A DNA stretch of 64,000 nt. Source: Nitrospirae bacterium JdFR-86. GTDB lineage: Bacteria > Nitrospirota > Thermodesulfovibrionia > Thermodesulfovibrionales > JdFR-86. The notes under the pieces were generated by a model. It was given only the letters and a program-made list of their open reading frames with translations, was not told where the DNA came from and did not search any database. Where the stretch lies: positions 41,872 to 105,871 of the forward strand of contig MTOV01000004.1 in the NCBI GenBank assembly GCA_002011815.1. Direction: 5' to 3'. The stretch's first letter is position 1. The number at the start of each line of letters is the position of its first letter. Below, piece after piece: positions 17,977 to 27,965 of the stretch. The position numbers and the translations under genes were made by a program.

Positions 17977-18951
17977 ATGAAGCCTACATTTCACCATAAA
18001 CCTGTAAACGGACCTTTTGAAGACCCCTGCCTTTACGTAAGACTTCTTAGAGAAAAAAGGGCGCTCATGTTCGATGCAGGAACAATAGGCAGACTCAGCC
18101 TCGGTGATATCCTGAAGATAACCGATATCTTTATAACTCATACCCATATTGACCACTTTATTGGTTTTGACACCATTCTAAGAGGGCTTTTAAGAAGACC
18201 GCAACACTTAAATGTTTTTGGTCCTACCAATATAATCGAATGCATAGAAGGAAAACTCAAGGGCTACACATGGAATCTCATAGAAGAATATCCGCTCAGG
18301 CTTGAAGTATTCAGCATAGACGGTGATGTAATGCGGCATTCGAGCTTTTACGCAGAAAGACGTTTTGAGAGACTGGACAGAGAGGATAAGCCTTTCTCAG
18401 GCATTGTGCTTCAGGATGCATCATTTAAAGTAAAAGCCGTAAGCCTCAGACACGACATACAATGTCTTGGGTTTTCCCTTGAGGAGGACTTCCACATAAA
18501 CATTGACAAAGCCGCCCTTCTAGATATGGGGCTTCCGGTAGGTCCATGGCTTTCAGAGCTAAAACGGGCTATAAGAGAAAACGCTCCTGAGGACAAGGAA
18601 TTTGTGGTATCAGGCAAAACATACACATTTAAGGAACTCAGAGGGATTGCAAAAATCACAAAAGGTCAAAAAATATCCTATGTTATGGATGTTGCCCCTG
18701 ACGATGAGAACATTAAAAAGATACTCGAACTGATACAGGACTCTGACACTTTTTACTGCGAGGCATACTTTTTAGATGCTGACAGAGAACGCGCAGTTGA
18801 GAGGAACCACCTTACTGCAAAACTTGTCGGAAAGATTGCAAGGGAAGGAGGCGTTAAAAACCTTGTTCCAATGCACTTTTCCCCGAAATACAGGAACTCC
18901 CCTGTCTCTCCTGAAGAGGAAGCAATGGAAGAGTTCCTGAAGGGTATTTGA
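17977..18951 (+). CDS. MBL-fold metallo-hydrolase (RNase Z / phosphodiesterase-like)
   Basis: The HTHIDH motif and overall beta-lactamase-fold pattern are present. TATAAT at 17966-17971 lies 5 nt before the ATG. Confidence 0.7.
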   Translation: MKPTFHHKPVNGPFEDPCLYVRLLREKRALMFDAGTIGRLSLGDILKITDIFITHTHIDHFIGFDTILRGLLRRPQHLNVFGPTNIIECIEGKLKGYTWNLIEEYPLRLEVFSIDGDVMRHSSFYAERRFERLDREDKPFSGIVLQDASFKVKAVSLRHDIQCLGFSLEEDFHINIDKAALLDMGLPVGPWLSELKRAIRENAPEDKEFVVSGKTYTFKELRGIAKITKGQKISYVMDVAPDDENIKKILELIQDSDTFYCEAYFLDADRERAVERNHLTAKLVGKIAREGGVKNLVPMHFSPKYRNSPVSPEEEAMEEFLKGI

Positions 18952-18955
18952 CCTT

Positions 18956-18983
18956 TTGACAAAACCGCACCGGATGATATAAT
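18956..18983 (+). promoter_or_regulatory. Near-consensus sigma70 promoter for tRNA-Ser
   Basis: TTGACA (18956-18961) is followed by a 16-nt spacer and extended -10 TGaTATAAT (18975-18983), about 40 nt upstream of the tRNA. Confidence 0.6.
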
Positions 18984-19021
18984 ATACCGTAAGGTATTGA
19001 AAATTAACGATTTAAACGGCT

Positions 19022-19115
19022 GGAGAGATGTCCGAGTGGCCGAAGGAGCACGATTGGAAATCGTGTGTGGGGTGTTAAAGCCCCACCGTGGGTTCAAATC
19101 CCACTCTCTCCGCCA
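19022..19115 (+). tRNA. tRNA-Ser (anticodon GGA), CCA encoded
   Basis: Acceptor GGAGAGA pairs with TCTCTCC. The anticodon stem is CACGA/TCGTG with loop TTGGAAA. There is a long variable arm (GTGGGG...CCCCAC), a T-arm GTGGG-TTCAAAT-CCCAC and 3' GCCA. Confidence 0.95.
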
Positions 19116-19189
19116 CCAGGATTTAAATCCATTACGCTTATCTCCACAAAGACAGGATATCCCTCAACCTCAAAAGGTATTATTCTTGC

Positions 19190-19735
19190 CTAAGTTTTAG
19201 CTGATATACCGCCTGAGACTATAAACGCCATAACAGTGCTACCATCGGCATCAATAGGGGTTATCTGCTCCCTGGGCACTACGATGAGGTTTCCGGCGAA
19301 GTTGTATGACTGCGGAAGATACACAGCCACGCTGTCTTTAAGTCCCAGACTACTAAGGCTCTCATTCGTTACAAAACCGATGACCCGAACAGGGCTTCCA
19401 GGAGAGATTGCAACAGACACCGGCTTGTTAAAGCCTTTTTTGTCTCCGACAAATGCCCCTATGAGGTCTTTTATTGCTGTGTAAATCATCTTCACGAGTG
19501 GCAGACGGCTGAATATATGGTCAATGAGCCGTATTGCTCTCCTTGTCAGAAAATTTGAAGTAGCAAAGCCGATTAAGGTTATAAGGGTAATTGTCATCGC
19601 AAAACCAAGTCCAGGAATCTGAAAGCCAAAGAGCCTGTCTATTTTCACAAACACGATGTAAACTATATAAATCGTTGCAACAACAGGAACAAGAACGGCA
19701 AGCCCGTTAAAGAAATATCTTGTAAGCCTTCCCAT
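19190..19735 (-). CDS. DUF502-family membrane protein
   Basis: Two N-terminal TM helices are present, with IPGLGF, RLPLVKMIY and IGFVT motifs typical of DUF502. SD AGGAGGG precedes the ATG. Confidence 0.7.
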   Translation of the reverse strand: MGRLTRYFFNGLAVLVPVVATIYIVYIVFVKIDRLFGFQIPGLGFAMTITLITLIGFATSNFLTRRAIRLIDHIFSRLPLVKMIYTAIKDLIGAFVGDKKGFNKPVSVAISPGSPVRVIGFVTNESLSSLGLKDSVAVYLPQSYNFAGNLIVVPREQITPIDADGSTVMAFIVSGGISAKT

Positions 19736-19809
19736 AAACCCTCCTTTCGGAATTATGTCCGTTTTAGAATTATAACAAACGCCTTTCCAAATTTATTAAA
19801 ATACAGCCT

Positions 19810-20931
19810 ATGGCTGCTCTTACTCAAAAGATAAAGGAAAGAATCCTGCGTGAGGGACCTATTACTTTCGAGACTTTTATGGAGATGGCACTTTATTATC
19901 CGGACATTGGATATTACACATCAAAGGACACGGAGATTGGCAAAAAAGGAGATTTCTATACGAGTCCTCATCTTCATCCCATATTCGGTGCAATGCTCGG
20001 CAGGCAAATAGAAGAAATGTGGGGAAAAATGGGCAAGCCAGCGGATTTCAGGATTGTAGAAATCGGCGGTGGCAAAGGCTACCTGTGTAAGGACATGCTC
20101 GACTACCTGAAAAACAGAGAAATCTTCAGACACCTGAGTTACATCCTTGTAGAACTCAATCCTTATCTAATGGAGAAACAAAAGTCCATGCTTTCAGAGT
20201 ATGCCGGAAAGATTGACTGGGTGTCATCTATAAAAGAACTCAAAAACATCAGGGGCGTTATCCTGAGTAACGAGCTTCTGGATTCAATGCCTGTTCATGT
20301 AATCCAGATGCAGGAAGAACCAAAGGAAGTCTATGTCACAGTAAAAGAAGACGAAATCACAGAGACTTTAGGACAGTTAAGCACACCTGATATTCTGGAG
20401 TATCTTAAGGAGTTTTCAATAAACCTTTCTGAAGGCTACCGCACAGAGATAAACCTCAGGCTGAAGGAGTGGCTTGAAGAGATTTCAGATGTTCTTACAG
20501 AAGGCTTTGTCATTACGATTGATTACGGCTACCCTGCATGGGACTTCTACAGCGAAGAAAGGACAAGAGGCACGCTTCTTTGTTATTACAAACATGAGTT
20601 CAATGAAAAGCCTTATGAAAACATCGGAAAGCAGGACATCACAAGCCATGTGAATTTTTCAGCTTTAAAGAAATGGGGTGAAGAACTCGGTCTTAAGAGC
20701 ATTGGTTTTTGCCGGCAGGGAATATTTCTTGTATCTCTGGGAATTGACGAGGTGATAACAGAGCTATACGGTGATTCGCCTGATTATGGTTTTGAGGTTG
20801 CAAAGATAAAGGGTCTTATCATGCCTGGCACGATCGGCGAGACACACAAGATAATGGTTCAGTATAAGGGAAAAGGCAGTCCGGAGCTAAGAGGATTCGC
20901 CATAAAGAATCAATTAAAGATACTTTCTTAG
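19810..20931 (+). CDS. MidA/NDUFAF7-like (DUF185) SAM-dependent methyltransferase
   Basis: Motifs are GPITFETFMEMALYYPDIGYY, GDFYTSPHLHPIFG and IVEIGGGKGYL. TAAAAT at 19797-19802 lies 7 nt before the ATG. Confidence 0.75.
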   Translation: MAALTQKIKERILREGPITFETFMEMALYYPDIGYYTSKDTEIGKKGDFYTSPHLHPIFGAMLGRQIEEMWGKMGKPADFRIVEIGGGKGYLCKDMLDYLKNREIFRHLSYILVELNPYLMEKQKSMLSEYAGKIDWVSSIKELKNIRGVILSNELLDSMPVHVIQMQEEPKEVYVTVKEDEITETLGQLSTPDILEYLKEFSINLSEGYRTEINLRLKEWLEEISDVLTEGFVITIDYGYPAWDFYSEERTRGTLLCYYKHEFNEKPYENIGKQDITSHVNFSALKKWGEELGLKSIGFCRQGIFLVSLGIDEVITELYGDSPDYGFEVAKIKGLIMPGTIGETHKIMVQYKGKGSPELRGFAIKNQLKILS

Positions 20932-21669
20932 CCTTTCCATACTCTTCATTACATCCTGAGGAGTGCGTGCCTCTACTGTGTAGACGATATTCTTTCCTTT
21001 CAGTGATTCGAACAACTCGCTGAAGTTGAACGTGCCGTCTTCGACAGGCAGATGGGAATCAAAACTTCCGTCGTTGTCATGAAGGTGGAGTTCTATGATA
21101 TAAGGGCTCAGACTCTCAAGCCAGGCTGAAAGCGGCTTTGTGGTGAAAAGATTACAATGTCCTGTATCAAAGCATATACCGAAGGTTTCAGAGTTAAGCT
21201 CCTCCATTAGAAGTCTCAGGTTGTCGGGCTCATCCTCGAAGATATTCTCTATAGCTATTTTTGTTTCTGCCTCATGAGCCTTTTCGCTGAGTTCGCGCCA
21301 TGTCTTCAGGCTGCTCTCAAGCCAGGTGTGGACATTGTGGGCATATTTCCATTTTTCGTAGCCTGAATGAAACACCACATTTCTAGGTCTCAGGTGTTTT
21401 GCAATATCAAGAACATGGGAAAATCTTTCAAGGGTCACACCTCTAATTTTTGCATCAACTGCACCAGGAGACAAATCCATATGCGGTGCATGGAGCGTCA
21501 GCGAGGGGTTGTAGTCAAGGTCTGCCTTAAGCCTGCTTATATCAGCAGGTTTTAGAGAGTCAAGGCTTTCTGCACTAAAAAAGATTTCAAGGTTCAGGCG
21601 CTCCTGCCTTATAAAACTGATGTGCTCTTTTAGTCTGTCATAAGGAACACGTATATGGAGTGCTGACAC
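20914..21669 (-). CDS. Xylose-isomerase-like TIM-barrel protein (sugar phosphate isomerase/epimerase family)
   Basis: Motifs include VVFHSGY, IAIENIFE, CFDTGHCN and ELHLHDNDGSFDSHL. The GTG start overlaps the FmdB-like gene stop. Confidence 0.7.
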   Translation of the reverse strand: MSALHIRVPYDRLKEHISFIRQERLNLEIFFSAESLDSLKPADISRLKADLDYNPSLTLHAPHMDLSPGAVDAKIRGVTLERFSHVLDIAKHLRPRNVVFHSGYEKWKYAHNVHTWLESSLKTWRELSEKAHEAETKIAIENIFEDEPDNLRLLMEELNSETFGICFDTGHCNLFTTKPLSAWLESLSPYIIELHLHDNDGSFDSHLPVEDGTFNFSELFESLKGKNIVYTVEARTPQDVMKSMERLRKYL

Positions 21670-21938
21670 TATGCTGCTGCTTCCGTTTTCTTCTCGGATT
21701 TGGATTCTTTCTTTTCAGAAGATTCTTTCTTTTCAGCCTCCATAGCTTTTTTCCTCTCAGGAGAGGCATAATCCGTCACATACCAGCCGGAGCCCTTCAG
21801 CACAAACGAGGTATTGGATATGAGCTTGGTTACGCTGCCTCCGCAGTCAGGGCATGTCTTTAGAGGCTCGTCGCTGAATTTCTGCAGGACTTCGTGTTCT
21901 TTCCCGCAGTCAAGGCATTTATACTCATAAATAGGCAT
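21669..21938 (-). CDS. FmdB-family zinc-ribbon protein with a Lys/Glu-rich tail
   Basis: [34 protein letters not shown] is the classic FmdB/CxxC-x-CxxC N-terminus. SD AGGAGGG precedes the ATG. Confidence 0.8.
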   Translation of the reverse strand: MPIYEYKCLDCGKEHEVLQKFSDEPLKTCPDCGGSVTKLISNTSFVLKGSGWYVTDYASPERKKAMEAEKKESSEKKESKSEKKTEAAA

Positions 21939-22020
21939 CTTAAATCCCTCCTTGATACAGCTTTTAATTATATCCTAATCCTCTGGATGTGGTCAATAAC
22001 CACACACTGAAATTCGCCTC

Positions 22021-22049
22021 TTTACATCGTTCTACGATGCGGGTATAAT
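22021..22049 (+). promoter_or_regulatory. Sigma70-type promoter abutting the start codon (leaderless candidate)
   Basis: TTTACA (22021-22026), a 17-nt spacer and TATAAT (22044-22049). ATG 22058 lies 8 nt downstream and there is no SD. Confidence 0.5.
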
Positions 22050-22057
22050 TTTAATCG

Positions 22058-22621
22058 ATGGAGAAAAAGGTCATATATTTTGAGAAGCCTGGCAGAGACA
22101 ACACTTTAGCGTGTCTTGAGGTTGTAAAGAAGGCCGTCAAGGACTACAAGGACGTTGTAGTCGCCTCCACAAGCGGTGAAACAGGGCTTTTGTTCTCAGA
22201 TGCTTTGAAAGGCAGCGGGGTAAACCTTGTAGTGGTAACGCACTCAGCAGGGTTCAAAGAGCCTAACACCCTGGAGATGCCTGCTGATGTAAGGGAAAAG
22301 ATACATGCAAACGGTGCAAGGGTTTTCACCGGTCCTATGCTTACGCATTCGCTGGATACTGCGTTTGCAGCAAAATTCAGCGGTACTTATCTGACGCATA
22401 TTGTTGCCCAGACGCTCCGCAGGTTTGGAGAAGGGACAAAGGTCTGCTGCGAGTGCGTGATGATGGCTGTTGACGGAGGACTCATCCCTGAAGGAAAAGA
22501 GGTGCTGGCTGTCGCAGGCACTGCAAGAGGGGCAGATACCGTTACTCTGATAAAATCAGCAGCATCCAAGAGGTTTCTGGAACTCAGGGTGCTTGAAATA
22601 CTTGCCAAACCGCGGGTTTAG
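22058..22621 (+). CDS. Stand-alone pyruvate-kinase C-terminal (alpha/beta) domain-like protein
   Basis: The 187-aa product starts MEKKVIYFEKPGRDNT...VVVASTSGETG and resembles stand-alone PK_C-domain proteins. This is recognition from memory only. Confidence 0.5.
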   Translation: MEKKVIYFEKPGRDNTLACLEVVKKAVKDYKDVVVASTSGETGLLFSDALKGSGVNLVVVTHSAGFKEPNTLEMPADVREKIHANGARVFTGPMLTHSLDTAFAAKFSGTYLTHIVAQTLRRFGEGTKVCCECVMMAVDGGLIPEGKEVLAVAGTARGADTVTLIKSAASKRFLELRVLEILAKPRV

Positions 22622-22646
22622 CCAAACCCGAGAATTCTCTTCTGGT

Positions 22647-23825
22647 TTAAGCCTTATTCAGTGCTCTTTTTATACCTTTTGTTGCCTGTCTGATTCTCTG
22701 TTCGTTTTCGACCAGGGCGAACCTTACGTATTCGTCTCCGCCTTCTCCAAAGCCTATTCCCGGTGAGACTGCAACACGTGCTTCTTTCAGCAGAAACTTA
22801 CTGAACTCAAGAGAACCCATTTTCCTGAACGGCTCTGGTATCCTCGCCCATACGAACATTGTGGCTTTTGGAGGCTCGACTTCCCAGCCTGCCCTGTGCA
22901 GTCCTCTGATAAGCTCATTTCTCCTTGACCTGTAGATTTTTACAAATTCACTTACACAGTCCTGCGGACCTCTGAGGGCGACTATGCTGGCTATCTGTAT
23001 CGGCTGGAACATCCCGTAATCAAGGTAGCTTTTTATTTTTATAAGTGCGCCTACGATGTCTTTATTCCCCACGCAGAATCCTACTCTCCAGCCTGCCATT
23101 GAATAACTCTTTGTCATGGAGAAAAACTCAACAGCTATGTCTTTTGCTCCGGGCACCTGAAGAATGCTCGGCGCTTTATATCCGTCGAAGACAAGGTCGG
23201 CATAAGCAAAATCATGGACAATGATGATATTGTTCTCCTTTGCGAAATCTACTATTTTGCGGAAGAAATCAAGCTCCTCGACGACTTCTGTAGTAGGGTT
23301 GTGCGGATAGTTTATTATCAGCATCTTGGGTCTTGGCCATGTCTTTGTGTAGGCTTTTTCCATCTCTTTGAAAAAGTTAATCCCCGGACCTATCGGAACG
23401 CTTGTCACTTCACCGCCTGCGATTATCACGCTGTAGGGATGGATGGGGTAAGCCGGAGCTGGCGTCATAACCACATCGCCGGGCTGAATAGTGGCGAGTA
23501 TCAGGTGTGAAAGCCCTTCTTTTGAGCCTATTGTCACCACCACTTCTCTTTCAGGGTCAAGGTCTACATCATATCTTCTTTTATACCACTCTGTGATAGC
23601 CACCCTTAACTGGGTAATACCTTTTGATGCTGAATACCTGTGGTTTTTCGGGTTCTTGGCTGCCTCGCAGAGCTTGTCAATCACGTGTTTTGGTGCAGGC
23701 AAATCCGGATTGCCCATACCAAGGTCGATAATGTCTTCTCCCCTCCTGCGGGCCTCCAGCTTGAGGTTGTTTACAATCGAAAAGACATAAGGAGGAAGTC
23801 TTTTTATTCTGTTAAACTGAAACAT
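22647..23825 (-). CDS. Class I/II PLP-dependent aminotransferase (AspC/AlaT-like, COG0436 type)
   Basis: Motifs are RLPPYVF...[18 protein letters not shown] and [14 protein letters not shown] (PLP Lys). The start is set to ATG 23825 ([15 protein letters not shown]) with GGAG 6 nt upstream. The track ORF extends to 23852. Confidence 0.85.
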   Translation of the reverse strand: MFQFNRIKRLPPYVFSIVNNLKLEARRRGEDIIDLGMGNPDLPAPKHVIDKLCEAAKNPKNHRYSASKGITQLRVAITEWYKRRYDVDLDPEREVVVTIGSKEGLSHLILATIQPGDVVMTPAPAYPIHPYSVIIAGGEVTSVPIGPGINFFKEMEKAYTKTWPRPKMLIINYPHNPTTEVVEELDFFRKIVDFAKENNIIIVHDFAYADLVFDGYKAPSILQVPGAKDIAVEFFSMTKSYSMAGWRVGFCVGNKDIVGALIKIKSYLDYGMFQPIQIASIVALRGPQDCVSEFVKIYRSRRNELIRGLHRAGWEVEPPKATMFVWARIPEPFRKMGSLEFSKFLLKEARVAVSPGIGFGEGGDEYVRFALVENEQRIRQATKGIKRALNKA

Positions 23826-24681
23826 TTGCAACTCCATACATTTCTTCTGCATTCATAGAGCTTCTTACAAGCGGAGATGAAGCCACAAACTTAAACCCCA
23901 TACCCAAAGCCGCTTCCCTGAGCCTTTCAAAGACTTCAGGATGCACATACTCTTTTACAGGCAGGTTCTCTCTTGACGGTCTGAGATACTGCCCTATGGT
24001 GAGGAAGTCGCAGTCCGCCTCTCTTAAATCCGTCATGACGTCAAGCACTTCATCGTAATCTTCGCCGAGTCCGAGCATCAGTCCTGACTTTGTATTCACT
24101 GTCGGTGAAATCTCTTTTGCCTGTCTGAGAAGTCTGAGCGAGCGGGGGTAGTCTGCCTGAGGGCGCACCGCCGGATAAAGCCTTGGCACAGTCTCCACAT
24201 TATGGTTAAAGACATCTGGTTTTGAATCGAGCACGGTTTTTAGTGCACTGAAATCTCCTTTGAAATCAGGGGTAAGAACCTCTACTTTTGCATAGGGTAG
24301 ATGTTTTTTTATTGCTGTCACTGTTTTTGCGAAATGTTGAGCACCGCCGTCTTCAAGGTCGTCTCTTGTTACGGATGTAACAACCACGTATTTAAGTCCC
24401 ATCTCTTTAGCTGCCAGTGCAACCTTTAAAGGCTCATCTTTGTCAGGGGGCAATGGTGCAGCCGATTCCACTGAACAGAAACCGCAGTTGCGGGTGCAAC
24501 AGGAACCAAGTATCATGAACGTCGCAGTTGGCTTTGAAAAGCATTCTGACTTGTTCGGGCACCTTGCCTCCTCGCACACTGTGGAAAGGCCATAGTCCCT
24601 GAGCAAGCTCTTAAGCCCGTGCAGTTCAGAGTGCTTATGCCTGATTTTTATCCACTCAGGGAGTCTCATGTTGTATAACAA
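23812..24681 (-). CDS. lipA: Lipoyl synthase
   Basis: Motifs are [12 protein letters not shown], the radical [11 protein letters not shown] and TSVTRDDL. The first ATG is at 24669 (MRLPEWIK). The 24681 start in the track is a TTG. Confidence 0.95.
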   Translation of the reverse strand: MLYNMRLPEWIKIRHKHSELHGLKSLLRDYGLSTVCEEARCPNKSECFSKPTATFMILGSCCTRNCGFCSVESAAPLPPDKDEPLKVALAAKEMGLKYVVVTSVTRDDLEDGGAQHFAKTVTAIKKHLPYAKVEVLTPDFKGDFSALKTVLDSKPDVFNHNVETVPRLYPAVRPQADYPRSLRLLRQAKEISPTVNTKSGLMLGLGEDYDEVLDVMTDLREADCDFLTIGQYLRPSRENLPVKEYVHPEVFERLREAALGMGFKFVASSPLVRSSMNAEEMYGVANVSV

Positions 24682-24782
24682 TAAATTGAAAAGCAGGGCT
24701 TTGTCAAATCCGCGTTGAAAGGCTTATTATATATAAAAACAGCAAGACGATATGCTAAAATAGGTCTGATTAATCTGGTTTT

Positions 24783-24913
24783 TCTGTTTTTTGCAGCCAG
24801 GCAATGGCCCTGCGCAACAGGAAGGTGTGAACCCCGCCAGGTCCGGAAGGAAGCAACGGTAAGCATTATTCCTGTGTGCCGCAGTAAGCCGTTGCCTGAC
24901 TGGAGAAAACAGA
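24783..24913 (+). ncRNA. ffs: Signal recognition particle RNA (4.5S-type)
   Basis: CCAGGTCCGGAAGGAAGCAACGGTAAGC matches the conserved SRP domain IV (GGAA tetraloop near 24845-24848). Long helix 5 pairs 24798-24808 with 24888-24898 and 24783-24790 with 24906-24913. The ends are approximate. Confidence 0.8.
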
Positions 24914-24941
24914 CGCAAACAATGAAATCTGCCTTTCCAAT

Positions 24942-26528
24942 ATGAGTTATCTTGTTCTTGCAAGAAAATGGAGACCCCAGGGGTTCGATGACCTCATCGG
25001 ACAACAGCCTATAGTTAAAATCCTTACAAATTCAATAACTACAGGCAAGATTGCGCATGCATACATATTTTCAGGTCCAAGAGGAGTCGGTAAAACATCC
25101 ACCGCACGGATACTTGCAAAGGCACTCAATTGCGAAAAAGGCCCCACTCCCTCTCCCTGCGGTACATGTACTTTCTGCACATCCATAACAGACGGTCATT
25201 CGGTGGATGTGATAGAAATAGATGGTGCATCCAACAACAGCGTGGACGATATAAGAGACCTGAGAGAAAGGGTAAAATACGCACCTTCAGGCGGAAGATA
25301 CAAGGTATATATAATTGACGAGTCCCACATGCTTTCGACACAGGCATTCAATGCACTTTTAAAGACCCTTGAAGAGCCACCGCCTCATGTAGTGTTTGTC
25401 ATGGCTACTACAGCACCGAAGAAGATACCGCTTACTGTGATGTCCAGATGCCAGCATCTGCCATTTAGAAGGGTGTCTACACAGGCGATTAAGGAACGAC
25501 TGCGGGTTATATCGGACTCAGAGGGTATAAACATCTCTGACCACGCCCTCACCATGATAGCACGGGCAGCTGACGGAAGCATAAGGGATTCCCTTACGAT
25601 TCTTGATCAGGTCGCCTCTTTTTCAGCAGATGTCAATGAATCCGATATAAAAGGTCTTTTAGGCATGGCGGACTTCAGCGCCCTGTCGGAAATCTCAGAT
25701 GCAGTCATAGAAGGCGACAGAAAACAAATACTTACCTCAGTAGCCGAACTCGTAGACAGGGGAACAGACCTGAGGGCTTTCACAAAAGACCTGATAAAAT
25801 TCTTCAGAGACCTGCTTGTAGTAAAACTCCTGAGTGCCCCTGAACAGATGCTTGATATAAGCGAAGAAGAATTCCACCTGCTGAAGAACAGGGCAGAAAA
25901 AACCTCAGAAGAGCATCTGGCTTTAATTTTTTCAGAGCTGATAAAGATGGAATCAGATGTAAGAACGTCTTTTTCCCCTCGTGTCGCCCTTGAAATGTCT
26001 CTTATAAAGATAAGCTATCTCAGCACATTCAAACCTGTAAGTGAAGCGATAGAGGCACTTTCAAAAATAAAAACAACACCCAGGCCGGAACTGCCTGCAG
26101 AACCCATACAAAAAGAGCTATCTGCTCCTCAGGGTATTAAAACTGACGAACCTTTAAGCGGAGAATCGCTCCTGAGACTGATTGGCGATAAAATCGGTGA
26201 TCCGAGGATTTCATCCAAGCTCCTGAGTGCAAAACCTGAACTGAACGGCAATACCCTCACCCTTACCTTCAACAGCGCTGAGGCAGACATTTTTGCAAAA
26301 TCAATCAAGGACAATCTGGCTAGGATTTCAGAGATAGCGTCAGACATTTGCAAATCACCTGTAAAGATAAAGATAAATGTTCATCATCAAAAAACACCCG
26401 CGAAAAAAGACCTTAAGGAGAAGGCACTGTCAGAGCCTTTAATCAAGGACGCTCTTGATTTGTTTGACGGCAGGGTCGTTGATGTAAGGCTCGTAGGAGA
26501 TAAAGAAAACTTTAAAAACGGAGGATGA
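24942..26528 (+). CDS. dnaX: DNA polymerase III subunit gamma/tau
   Basis: Motifs are LARKWRPQGFDDLIGQ, the P-loop GPRGVGKTS, the zinc module CEKGPTPSPCGTCTFC and YIIDESHML. Confidence 0.95.
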   Translation: MSYLVLARKWRPQGFDDLIGQQPIVKILTNSITTGKIAHAYIFSGPRGVGKTSTARILAKALNCEKGPTPSPCGTCTFCTSITDGHSVDVIEIDGASNNSVDDIRDLRERVKYAPSGGRYKVYIIDESHMLSTQAFNALLKTLEEPPPHVVFVMATTAPKKIPLTVMSRCQHLPFRRVSTQAIKERLRVISDSEGINISDHALTMIARAADGSIRDSLTILDQVASFSADVNESDIKGLLGMADFSALSEISDAVIEGDRKQILTSVAELVDRGTDLRAFTKDLIKFFRDLLVVKLLSAPEQMLDISEEEFHLLKNRAEKTSEEHLALIFSELIKMESDVRTSFSPRVALEMSLIKISYLSTFKPVSEAIEALSKIKTTPRPELPAEPIQKELSAPQGIKTDEPLSGESLLRLIGDKIGDPRISSKLLSAKPELNGNTLTLTFNSAEADIFAKSIKDNLARISEIASDICKSPVKIKINVHHQKTPAKKDLKEKALSEPLIKDALDLFDGRVVDVRLVGDKENFKNGG

Positions 26529-26529
26529 G

Positions 26530-26871
26530 ATGTCCAAAAAAATGCTTGGTGACATAATGCGTCAGGCGCAAAAGCTTCAGGCTGAAATGATTAAAATGCA
26601 GGAGGAGGCAAAGAAAAAGACAGTAGAGGCAACAGCCGGCGGTGGAATGGTCACTGTGGTTGCCAGTGGCGGAGGCGAGATAGTCTCAATAAAAATAGAC
26701 AAGGAAGTCGTTAACCCTGATGACGTAGAGATGCTCGAAGACCTCATAATGGCTGCCACTAATGAAGCCTTAAGGAGGGCGCAGGAAATGGTCAATGAGG
26801 AGATGTCAAAACTTACCGGCGGACTTCAGATACCCGGACTCGATGCTCTGGGTAACCTGTTTGGAAAATAA
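26530..26871 (+). CDS. ybaB: YbaB/EbfC nucleoid-associated protein
   Basis: The 113-aa product has MRQAQKLQAEMIKMQEE...GGGMVTVVASG. It sits in the conserved dnaX-ybaB-recR order. Confidence 0.9.
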   Translation: MSKKMLGDIMRQAQKLQAEMIKMQEEAKKKTVEATAGGGMVTVVASGGGEIVSIKIDKEVVNPDDVEMLEDLIMAATNEALRRAQEMVNEEMSKLTGGLQIPGLDALGNLFGK

Positions 26872-26876
26872 AATCC

Positions 26877-27470
26877 ATGTCGCAGGGAATTGTAGAAAAC
26901 TTAATCCAGCAGCTGATGAAACTGCCTGGCATCGGCAGAAAGACGGCACAGAGGCTCGCCTTCTTTATACTTGCGATGCCTGACGAGGATGCAAAGTCCC
27001 TCTCAGAGGCAATCAGCAACATAAAGCAAAAGGCACGGTTTTGCAGCCAGTGCTTTAACATCACAGAGTCAGAGATATGTTCTATATGCAGTGACGAAAG
27101 CAGGGACCGCAAAAAGATATGCGTTGTCGAAGAGCCAGGCAATATCTTCGTCATAGAAAAGTCCGGCAGTTTCAAAGGGCTTTATCATGTGCTTCTGGGT
27201 GCTCTTGCTCCGATTGACGGCATAACACCTGACAAGCTCAAGATAGCCGAGCTTCTGGAAAGGGTAAAAACAAACGGCACTGAAGAAGTCATCATTGCCA
27301 CAAACCCGAATACTAAAGGCGAAATGACTGCCCAGTATCTGAAAGAAGTATTAACGCCTTTCAACGTGAATGTTACGAGAATAGCCTATGGCCTTCCCAT
27401 GGGCAGTGATATAGAGTTTGCTGATGAGGTAACCCTCAGAAAAGCCATGGAAGGAAGAAGACAACTATAG
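26877..27470 (+). CDS. recR: Recombination protein RecR
   Basis: Motifs are LIQQLMKLPGIGRKTAQRLAF, the zinc finger CSQCFNITESEICSIC and a Toprim segment. Confidence 0.95.
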   Translation: MSQGIVENLIQQLMKLPGIGRKTAQRLAFFILAMPDEDAKSLSEAISNIKQKARFCSQCFNITESEICSICSDESRDRKKICVVEEPGNIFVIEKSGSFKGLYHVLLGALAPIDGITPDKLKIAELLERVKTNGTEEVIIATNPNTKGEMTAQYLKEVLTPFNVNVTRIAYGLPMGSDIEFADEVTLRKAMEGRRQL

Positions 27471-27481
27471 GCTCCGGACTT

Positions 27482-27934
27482 TTATAGCATTTCAGGAACG
27501 ACCATCCATTCGACTGCCCATTTATCTTCTTGTTTTTTAAGGCATACAACCCCGCCCATCTTGAAATTGACCACTTGTGCCTCTGGATTTCCACAAAGAA
27601 GATGTGATGCAAGTTTTCCAAGGTGAGGCAGGTGTCCGACAAGCATTATATTTTTATCAGACTCCTTGAGCCGTTCCGCCCATATGGCAGGGTCATCCAA
27701 TGGGGCAAGCCCGTCTTTTTCAGACACGCCCTCTCCGGCTTTGACATGTTTTGCAAAAATCTCTGCTGTCTGCCTGGCTCTTAATTTCCCGCTATGGAAT
27801 ATGGATTCTACCTCAATGGATGAAACAAAGGACGCAACTTTCTCAACATCCCTGGTGCCTTTTTCAGAAAGTGGTCTCTTGGGGTCTTCCTGCTCACTTT
27901 TTGATTCACCGTGCTGGATAAGATAAAGATACAT
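27482..27934 (-). CDS. SixA-like histidine phosphatase superfamily protein (RHG motif reads QHG)
   Basis: The N-terminus is MYLYLIQHGES. SGKLRARQTAE and MLVGHLPHL follow, at 150 aa, a SixA-like size. Confidence 0.7.
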   Translation of the reverse strand: MYLYLIQHGESKSEQEDPKRPLSEKGTRDVEKVASFVSSIEVESIFHSGKLRARQTAEIFAKHVKAGEGVSEKDGLAPLDDPAIWAERLKESDKNIMLVGHLPHLGKLASHLLCGNPEAQVVNFKMGGVVCLKKQEDKWAVEWMVVPEML

Positions 27935-27965
27935 AATTCAATCCCCCCTGCCCTTTTTTAGATTT

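Noticed and set aside
24666-25004. Three overlapping small ORFs (112, 76 and 78 aa) between lipA and dnaX
   Set aside because: The region folds as an SRP RNA with the conserved domain IV sequence. The ORFs have no SD and implausible translations.
26403-26409. A6G run in dnaX as a possible programmed -1 frameshift site producing gamma
   Set aside because: The zero-frame reading is GCG AAA AAA GAC, so the E. coli-type A AAA AAG register is not met. The site lies at codon 488 of 528, too close to the C-terminus to yield a gamma-like product, and no downstream stem-loop was seen.
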